Source: an uncultured Candidatus Saccharibacteria bacterium
GTDB lineage: Bacteria; Patescibacteriota; Saccharimonadia; Saccharimonadales; Saccharimonadaceae
NCBI GenBank assembly: GCA_964475295.1
Contig: CAYYWC010000006.1
Location: 1 to 32,000, forward strand
Direction of reading: 5' to 3'
DNA: 32,000 bases
Shown here piece by piece: positions 18,665 through 24,704 of this stretch. The notes under the pieces were generated by a model. It saw only the letters and a list, made by a program, of their open reading frames with translations, was not told the DNA's origin and made no database searches. Every line of letters begins with the position of its first letter. Position 1 is the first letter of the stretch. The translations under genes were made by a program, and so were the position numbers.

Positions 18665-18934
18665 CTATGAGCATTGGCCTACTGCCCAGTTCTCAAGCTC
18701 GGGCGTTACTGGCTCATAATGACTTGCCGTCGCCAGTGTTCGTTCTACGCATTCATCAAACTGGTCAAGCTTTGCCTCAATCTCGGCTCCATCGTCATGG
18801 CGCAGCTCGGCTTGGATAGCCTCATAATCTGGCTCTGGCGGGGGTGGCGTCATAATACCCGTTATGAACCATATGGCCGCAGCCGCACAGACGATAATTG
18901 TGCACCACATTTTAAAGCTTTCCCAGTCTTCCAT
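18665..18934 (-). CDS. small single-TM protein of unknown function
   Basis: Track ORF 18665..18985, probably starting at ATG 18934 (MEDWESFKMWCTIIVCAAAAIWFITGIM). One TM helix, then an acidic tail. No recognisable motif; it may not be a real gene. Confidence 0.35.
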   Translation of the reverse strand: MEDWESFKMWCTIIVCAAAAIWFITGIMTPPPPEPDYEAIQAELRHDDGAEIEAKLDQFDECVERTLATASHYEPVTPELENWAVGQCS

Positions 18935-19138
18935 GCCTGCTCTTCTCTTTACTGAATCAGTTTGGGCACCCCTTGGCGATGTCATCTAACTCTTTATCAT
19001 ACCTTGCTTGAGTATCTGGCGATTTCGCAATTTCTTCGTCCATTTTAATCGCCCCCTCAACGCCATGCCTATCAATATACTTAGAGTACAAACATACAAT
19101 ATGGGCTGTATTATCTGGGCTATTCTGCCGCACCGACT

Positions 19139-19345
19139 CTAGGTATTGCTCTTTCGTAATAATTGGTGCCGTGATACTTGATGGCTCAACTGCTCTAGGC
19201 TCAATGTAAAAACGTCATCCCAAAGTGTCTGGCACTGTTCTTCTTCCCAAGCATAGGGTCGCTGGTAGTCGGGAATTAAAAATACCGATTTCTTGTCTGT
19301 CAACAGCTCCCTAATGGTTTTCTGGTCTACAGTTATTTTAGACAT
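19139..19345 (-). pseudogene. DUF262 (GmrSD-type, ParB-like nuclease N-terminal domain) stump, truncated after about 46 conserved residues
   Basis: MSKITVDQKTIRELLTDKKSVFLIPDYQRPYAWEEEQCQTLWDDVF is the canonical DUF262 N-terminus (IPxYQRxYxW...LxDD). The ORF stops at 68 aa, whereas full-length family members are several hundred residues. Another frame stays open downstream for about 85 codons but does not continue the domain. Confidence 0.75.
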
Positions 19346-19369
19346 ATACTCTCCTGCATGCTCTTACGT

Positions 19370-20056
19370 TTATTTATTGGCCTCGGCGGCGCTTCTTTCT
19401 TTTGGGTATTGTATTGTCACATACAAAAAATCCTGACCGTTGAGAGCGCTATAGGCGGCTTCTTCATTATAGGTAATATCCTCAGCCATGAGCGATCCTA
19501 TATATCTAGCAGTGTCGTTGAGTAGCTGGTATTTTTCACCCTGGTTTTTTGGTTTCTGCACCGAGCTTAGTTCGATCAAATCTTCGAGGAGCGCTTCGCG
19601 GTACAGGGCAAAATTATGGCAATCACGAGCAGCCAAAATATAGCCAAATGTCGAAGGGCTCAATTTAAACTCGCCCGAAAAGAACGAGTGTAACAGGTTA
19701 TTCACGCTATTAATCTCTTCGCCAACTGACTCAGGCTTCGCAGTCCACATGTATGATAGTGCTTTCGCTGCAACTGGTTTTTGTTCGAGTTGTTTGTGCA
19801 AATTATCTAAGTCTATCCAATGACAAAGTGAACCATTGTTGGGATTATTTTTTTGCAACAATTCTACAATTTGTAGAGCGTTTGAATCGGTCAACGCGCC
19901 GTGTGTTTTGAGTTCATCGTTGAGTTTTGGCAGTATATCCCACTTGTACTGTTCGTCCCACTCCGTTGTTTCATTGCTGGATCGACGCCTGTAGTAATCA
20001 TCTTTATTTTTCTCGTAAAAAGCTCTTAGGGAGAGTTTATTGATTTCTGCTGTCAT
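19370..20056 (-). CDS. hypothetical protein resembling the N-terminal (non-ATPase) region of McrB-like AAA restriction proteins
   Basis: 228 aa. EQYKWDILPKL... and later KLSPSTFGYILAARDCHNFALYREALLEDL recall the YKW... and s.lsyiL...dp..ypiy pattern seen N-terminal to McrB-type ATPase domains. No P-loop is present. The functional call is low confidence. Confidence 0.45.
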   Translation of the reverse strand: MTAEINKLSLRAFYEKNKDDYYRRRSSNETTEWDEQYKWDILPKLNDELKTHGALTDSNALQIVELLQKNNPNNGSLCHWIDLDNLHKQLEQKPVAAKALSYMWTAKPESVGEEINSVNNLLHSFFSGEFKLSPSTFGYILAARDCHNFALYREALLEDLIELSSVQKPKNQGEKYQLLNDTARYIGSLMAEDITYNEEAAYSALNGQDFLYVTIQYPKERSAAEANK

Positions 20057-20142
20057 GAATATATTGTATCTGTTTTACGGTATTTAGGCCAGAATACTCG
20101 AGTTAGTTCAAGTGTTGGTACTGGACGTGTCCGTATCGACAT

Positions 20143-21237
20143 TTATGCCTCTTCGGCATAGGCTTGCAGCGTAACCAGCTCTTTGGCCATTTGATCTGGT
20201 GTGGTGCGTAGATCTATCTCAATCCATGAGTTGAGTACGTTGTGCTCTAGCAGGTCAATCTTCTCGCCAGTGAAACAATCGTCATCGAACCAGAGGAACG
20301 GCTTGCCGAAGTCGATCGCTTCGGTCTTTTTCAAACTCCAGGTGACTGGCTTGAACTTCTCAAGCCATGGACGGAGATCTTCTGTCGACGCACGATTTAG
20401 ATACTCGATGGCATGTGCCGGATCACCATCCATACAATGAGTCGTCAGCCAATACACATCGAAGTGCTCGACGGCGTACTTGATGAAATCTACCGCGCCA
20501 ATAGATAAGTTTTCTTCGTTTACTAGCAAGACGCCGTCGATGTCGAGGTAGATATTACTAATTAGCTGTGATGTAAGATTTCCGATTGCCACACCTCGCC
20601 CCTTCGGCTGATGAAATAAACTCTTGCTCGGCGGCAACCCCTTCCATGCCGAGCGCGGACAATTAAGTCGCGCATCCTTCGTCGGGTCGTTGAATACTAC
20701 CACCTTCCATAAAAACCTGCATACCTGGTAGACATATCCCCTCTCGGGGAACTGTCGCTCCAGCCCCCATAGTGCTCGTTTATATAGCCTCTGACGACAT
20801 AGGCTCATGAAATCCCCCTCAAGATCAAGCTGTAATACATAGGCGGGTCGGGCATAATTATCGCTCACCGATCGAATATGATGATCGAGCCGGCGAATAC
20901 CATATAGCGTACCCTTGCCCTTCCGGCAACTGTAGTTGTCTTCGATAAACCGTGCATCCCACCATTCATTTACTTGATTGAAAAGAAAGTGGTGCACAAT
21001 GCGATCACGAAAATCAGCTGCGAAAATCTCACGCTTCACCGGCTTATGTATGATAAACGCCGTAGACGGACGGGGCTGATATATTCGATCATGGATCTCT
21101 TTCGCTAGTACAGACAACTCCGTCGCAGCGACCTTATCAAACCCCACCACCTGCAGCGAGCGAGTCTTGCCTTGCCGCGCGCGCCGATAGGCGCGCTCTA
21201 GTTCCTGCTGGAGCCATTTCATTCGCTGTGTTGTCAT
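20143..21237 (-). CDS. chimeric ORF: DGR-type reverse transcriptase fingers/palm (motifs 1-4, no YxDD) fused in-frame to a HAD-like phosphatase domain
   Basis: Residues 1-231 carry RT motifs: AYRRARQGKTRS, HKPVKREIFAADFRDRIVHHFL, SCRKGKGT, YVLQLDLEGDFMSL (motif A Asp) and GVAIGNLTSQLISNIYL (the I/LGxxxSQ form typical of DGR RTs). From residue 232 the sequence is DIDGVLLVNE...YWLTTH...FLWFDDD...IEIDL, which has HAD motif I (DxDG) and an acidic motif IV. It is paralogous to 24308..24702. No YxDD, motif 6/7 or thumb is present. Confidence 0.8.
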   Translation of the reverse strand: MTTQRMKWLQQELERAYRRARQGKTRSLQVVGFDKVAATELSVLAKEIHDRIYQPRPSTAFIIHKPVKREIFAADFRDRIVHHFLFNQVNEWWDARFIEDNYSCRKGKGTLYGIRRLDHHIRSVSDNYARPAYVLQLDLEGDFMSLCRQRLYKRALWGLERQFPERGYVYQVCRFLWKVVVFNDPTKDARLNCPRSAWKGLPPSKSLFHQPKGRGVAIGNLTSQLISNIYLDIDGVLLVNEENLSIGAVDFIKYAVEHFDVYWLTTHCMDGDPAHAIEYLNRASTEDLRPWLEKFKPVTWSLKKTEAIDFGKPFLWFDDDCFTGEKIDLLEHNVLNSWIEIDLRTTPDQMAKELVTLQAYAEEA

Positions 21238-21377
21238 GCTATAGTATCACACCCCCTAGCGAGCAGTCGACGCGGTAGGTTCGGTCGTGGTCACTCCTTC
21301 ACGCTCACCTCGCTTTGTAGGCTAGAGAAATTACCCCCTCCGGAGTCTCGCCCCTCTAGGGCGCAACCCCATCTGGA

Positions 21378-22520
21378 TTAATTTAAGAGACAGCGAACCC
21401 CGGCCCCGAAGTTGCGATTGTCGTAGCCATCGCCCGGGTAGAAATCGCTCGGATCGAAGCTCGCGAAGAAGGCGTAGTCCGGGTGGTCTGGGCTAGCAGA
21501 AGCAGACCACAAGGTACCCGCGTCGCCCTGAAAGCCAAAACCGCCGTACCAGCGGCCTGAGAACGACCCTTTAAATGGTCCAGACGGTTGCCACTTTGCG
21601 ACACTCGGACCGCCCGCACCTGTCCCGCCAAAGGCCACATCCAGCTGCCAGAGGTCGCTGCTTGGAGATCCACTGGTTGGAAGTCGCCAGTTAGCTGGAC
21701 AGATGGAATACTGGGCATTGCCGGAAGTAAAGGTGGTTCGCGTTTCCCCTGCGGTGGCTGCTGGGAAGTTGTAAAGATAGCCGTAGTTGGTAGCACCTGA
21801 GCCGGTGTCGCCAGGGACGGGGCCGTAGGCACGTGGGTTGTCATAGTCAGCCGTTCCGCCGGTTGTCAGCTGTGGCAGGGTGAAATTGCTGGCTACGTTG
21901 CTATCGGCTGGTGTGAGCGTGATTGACCCGCTGGTACTCCCGAGCTTAAGGTTGGTGAGCATCCAGCAGTTGCCGTCGGCAAGCTTGGCGACTTCGTAGT
22001 ATTGGGTGGTAGGACCACGGGTGTCGGCTAGGGAGATGATGGCATCAGCATTAGTGCCAGTGTAGGTATCGAGAGCGTCACATTGAGCTGCGGTAAAGTT
22101 TTGCATGGTAGCAAGTTCTGGTTCAGGTGGAGTGGTTGGGTTAGTGGGGTTGGTGCCGTCGCCTGGAGCTGGAGCTTCGGGACGATTGAGAGGGTCGGTG
22201 GTGCAGATAATAGTGCCGTTAGCTTCATAGTAGCAGCGCGACTCACCGGCGGCTGCTTGACCCTTGCCTGCACCAGTGGCAGTACCGAGGGTGCTCTGGG
22301 AAGAAGCACTATCGCTGGCCGGCGTAGCTGCGTTGCTGGCCTGCACAGCGGTATCCGAGCCGCCAGCAGCGGAGACGGCGGCGCGGTGCTGGATAAGTGT
22401 GAAGGCGGCCAGAAGGATGATAACGAGAGCAACGGTGGCGATGATAATACTACGGGGCTGATGTGAGATACGACGTAGTATAGTAGTTAGCGCAGCAGCT
22501 GTTGTAGTTATTTGTTTCAT
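21378..22520 (-). CDS. secreted/anchored protein with a low-complexity Ala/Thr/Pro linker and a C-terminal FISUMP (Fibrobacter succinogenes major paralogous, C-lectin-like) domain
   Basis: 380 aa. N-terminal anchor IIIATVALVIILLAAFTLI, then an A/S/T/G/P-rich linker. FISUMP hallmarks follow: LADTRGPTTQYYEVAKLADGNCWMLTNLKLG, CPANWRLPT and the terminal GAGVRCLLN. GC-rich. Confidence 0.75.
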   Translation of the reverse strand: MKQITTTAAALTTILRRISHQPRSIIIATVALVIILLAAFTLIQHRAAVSAAGGSDTAVQASNAATPASDSASSQSTLGTATGAGKGQAAAGESRCYYEANGTIICTTDPLNRPEAPAPGDGTNPTNPTTPPEPELATMQNFTAAQCDALDTYTGTNADAIISLADTRGPTTQYYEVAKLADGNCWMLTNLKLGSTSGSITLTPADSNVASNFTLPQLTTGGTADYDNPRAYGPVPGDTGSGATNYGYLYNFPAATAGETRTTFTSGNAQYSICPANWRLPTSGSPSSDLWQLDVAFGGTGAGGPSVAKWQPSGPFKGSFSGRWYGGFGFQGDAGTLWSASASPDHPDYAFFASFDPSDFYPGDGYDNRNFGAGVRCLLN

Positions 22521-22562
22521 GACCCTTGGGCACCCCTTTTACCTTGTTTACTCTTTACATAG

Positions 22563-22586
22563 ATACATACATATGTGCGTATGTAT
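22563..22586. promoter_or_regulatory. inverted repeat in the divergent intergenic region, a possible operator
   Basis: ATACATAC (22563-22570) and GTATGTAT (22579-22586), 8-bp arms with an 8-nt spacer that itself overlaps the palindrome ACATATGT. It lies between the divergent starts at 22520 (-) and 22598/22649 (+). Confidence 0.3.
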
Positions 22587-22597
22587 TTGTAACGTAG

Positions 22598-23365
22598 GTG
22601 CAGTGGTGGGTGCACGATGTTATCTGGGGAGAGTATAGCATAGGCGGGATGAAGGTGTCTAGGGGAAACACGAAATACACCAAAAAACCTAGCCATATTC
22701 TAGAAAAACTTTCTAACTACAACGAAAAGGTAAGATTCGACGGTGTTTTACACTGTAGAAAATGTGATTACTTTTATGCCGACAAGCACAATTTCAATGT
22801 TTTCCTTAAGCACAACAAGCACGATGTAGCAGCACCGCGAAAAGAAATACAAATTCGTAACAATAAAATCTATTACCCTAGTTTTTGGAATGGCGCCCCG
22901 GATTCAGTACTTAGTCGCTACGGCTATTCTGCAGATGGCACGCTGCAGCAAAAGTCTAGGAGAAAGGTAATCTCCTACATAGTTGGAAGTAAGAGGATTA
23001 CTCCAGATGATTATACGGAAAACAAGCTACGCTACGACCAAGAAATAAGCCGTGTAAAACAGCAGATCGAACGGCTAGAAGAAGCCGATAAAAGCTTCTA
23101 CGTTACGGCTTCGTATCTGTTACAGCTATTCAAGCACGGCGAAAAGATTTTTGAATTAGCAAGTATAGAAGAAAAGCGTGAACTTCTGAAACTCGTGCTA
23201 TCGAACCTCGAATTAAAAGACAAAACGGTCCGTTTTACACCTAACGAACCGTTTGCTACTGTACTTAAATTGTCTGAACGTTCTACTTGGCAGGGGTACA
23301 TGGATGAAGATAGAACTTTTTACTCTGTTAGTGAAAACGCTATTTTAGGAGGCAAAAATGTTTAG
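22598..23365 (+). CDS. protein with a Cys/His-rich N-terminal region and a C-terminal half matching the coiled-coil/C-terminal domain of large serine recombinases (no catalytic resolvase domain)
   Basis: 255 aa from GTG 22598; alternative start ATG 22649 (MKVSRGNTKY). The C-terminal EEADKSFYVTASYLLQLFKHGEKIFELASIEEKRELLKLVLSNLELKDKTVRFTPNEPFATVLK...WQGYMDEDRTF matches the conserved tail of large serine recombinases (ekAD..yy.....ll.la......f......eKr.ll..vlsNl.l.......pf..l...W......RT). The N-terminus has HCRKCDYFYADKHNFNVFLKHNKH (CxxC...HxxH). The catalytic Ser domain is absent. Confidence 0.6.
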   Translation: MQWWVHDVIWGEYSIGGMKVSRGNTKYTKKPSHILEKLSNYNEKVRFDGVLHCRKCDYFYADKHNFNVFLKHNKHDVAAPRKEIQIRNNKIYYPSFWNGAPDSVLSRYGYSADGTLQQKSRRKVISYIVGSKRITPDDYTENKLRYDQEISRVKQQIERLEEADKSFYVTASYLLQLFKHGEKIFELASIEEKRELLKLVLSNLELKDKTVRFTPNEPFATVLKLSERSTWQGYMDEDRTFYSVSENAILGGKNV

Positions 23366-23804
23366 GTTAAATTCATCCTCTCTTTATGACCAGTCTACAT
23401 TTTATGATAGGTTTTATAAGGATCTTCGGAGTGCAAAACGCCGCGTAGTTATAGAAAGCCCGTTCATTACTCAGCGTCGTTCTACGCCCCTACTCGCCAC
23501 CATATCAAGGCTCAAAAAGCGCAGAGTCGAGGTTATAGTGAATACAAAACCGATCGAGGAGCATGATTCACAATATCAAGATCAAGTGGCTGTAGTTGTC
23601 GAAATGCTACAGAATCTGGGCGTGAGGGTGTTATTTACAATAGGTCACCACAGAAAGATCGCTATCATCGATGACATACTCTACGAAGGTAGCTTGAATA
23701 TACTGTCTCAAAACGATAGCTGTGAGCTGATGCGTCGCATAGATGACGCCTCATCGGTACAAGAGATACTACGCTTCACAAGACTGGAAAAATGGTGCAA
23801 ATGA
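23358..23804 (+). CDS. single-domain phospholipase-D-family (HxK) nuclease
   Basis: 148 aa. GHHRKIAIIDDILYEGSLNILSQ is the HxK(x)4D...GSxN PLD/Nuc motif. Its start overlaps the upstream stop by 8 nt. Confidence 0.8.
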   Translation: MFRLNSSSLYDQSTFYDRFYKDLRSAKRRVVIESPFITQRRSTPLLATISRLKKRRVEVIVNTKPIEEHDSQYQDQVAVVVEMLQNLGVRVLFTIGHHRKIAIIDDILYEGSLNILSQNDSCELMRRIDDASSVQEILRFTRLEKWCK

Positions 23805-23805
23805 T

Positions 23806-24315
23806 ATGATAGGTAGTATGGAATATCTAGGGTTAAGTGCCGGAGTCTTATTTGGTCTTGCGTACCTACACTTTTCACAAGCTATCGACTGGATTCTTGT
23901 CGTGCTTCACTATGCGTTCTTTAGGTCAAAAGATAGTTTCTACGGGTTGTATGACAATACTGAGCAAGAATCGGTTTATGAGCATCTGAAGTACGCAGAA
24001 ACAATAGCTGTAAAAGACTATGCCGATTATCTGCGCATACACCAGTCAGCTCGACCTTCGGCGTATAAGCGATTCAGAAAATATTACGACACGCTATTGC
24101 GAGTGATCTTGGTTCGTGTTTTGCCTATCACACTGCTGCCAGCTATCTTGTTCTGGTCTAATTGGTATTACTACATCGGAGGCATACTCATAGCATTTAC
24201 TGTATTGGCACTCTATGCGATTATCGTAAAACCACGCGGTGCTGGTGCCCGTAAGCGACTGATGGTGTTTGCTGTGATGCGAGACTACCTAAAGGACAGC
24301 AATAAGTCTAAATAA
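23806..24315 (+). CDS. membrane protein (2+2 TM) of unknown function
   Basis: Track ORF 23743..24315 trimmed to ATG 23806 (MIGSMEYLGLSAGVLFGLAYLHF), 1 nt after the PLD stop. There are two N-terminal and two C-terminal hydrophobic helices around a charged middle. Confidence 0.55.
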   Translation: MIGSMEYLGLSAGVLFGLAYLHFSQAIDWILVVLHYAFFRSKDSFYGLYDNTEQESVYEHLKYAETIAVKDYADYLRIHQSARPSAYKRFRKYYDTLLRVILVRVLPITLLPAILFWSNWYYYIGGILIAFTVLALYAIIVKPRGAGARKRLMVFAVMRDYLKDSNKSK

Positions 24316-24702
24316 TCTCCGCTACGTCTTTTAGCTGATTCGGATTTTTCTTTAAGTCAATCAAGGTAAAATTATCTGTTGCGTTGTGCTGCTCAAGCAC
24401 CGTCAGCTCATCTTCCCACAGATCATCGTCTAGCCATATAAACTTCTCCGAGAAGTTTAAGCCGTCCGTTTTCATTTCATTCCAGACGGTCGGCTTAATT
24501 TTGTCGAGCAGCGGCACGGTCTCCGGCTTGAGATGTGGCGCAAGTACTTCTTTAGTTCTGTTCTCGCCGCGCCAGTTGTGAGTCGTTAGCCAGTAGGTAG
24601 AATCAGGATATGCTGCACGTCTTGCAAGAACTCATCCGCATAATTTGTGGCGCTATCTTCGTTTGCTAGTAGTACTCCGTCAATGTCTAAGTAAACATTC
24701 AT
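24308..24702 (-). pseudogene. stand-alone HAD-like gene, frameshifted near 24612; paralog of the C-terminal domain of the RT chimera
   Basis: ATG 24702 reads MNVYLDIDGVLLANEDSATNYADEFLQDVQHILILPTG and then stops. Another frame, offset by one nucleotide, continues AAYPDSTYWLTTHNWRGENRTKEVLAPHLKPETVPLLDKIKPTVWNEMKTDGLNFSEKFIWLDDDLWEDELTVLEQHNATDNFTLIDLKKNPNQL (the track shows only the last 69 aa). It is collinear with residues 228-355 of the RT-HAD ORF. The start lies 3 nt after the stop of the NUDIX-SAHH-like gene. Confidence 0.7.
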
Positions 24703-24704
24703 GG

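Noticed and set aside
21238-21377. The 140-nt spacer between the FISUMP gene and the RT as a DGR template region (TR)
   Set aside because: I compared it by eye in both orientations with the last 170 nt or so of the FISUMP gene. Only a trivial GGGGTT..CGC match appears, with no extended near-identity showing adenine-specific differences. A computational A-tolerant alignment would still be worthwhile.
20143-21377. A retron (structured ncRNA upstream, RT, fused or adjacent effector)
   Set aside because: The RT motifs are of the DGR type (IGNLTSQ) rather than the retron type, and the ORF lacks YxDD, so it could not make msDNA. I could not identify convincing a1/a2 flanking inverted repeats in the spacer, only short 5-6 bp stems.
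21383-22466. Track ORFs overlapping the FISUMP gene (21383..21844, 21588..21800, 22028..22432, 22083..22466, 22264..22461)
   Set aside because: These are the same GC-rich shadow-frame effect. The 380-aa frame carries the recognisable signal-anchor and FISUMP motifs.
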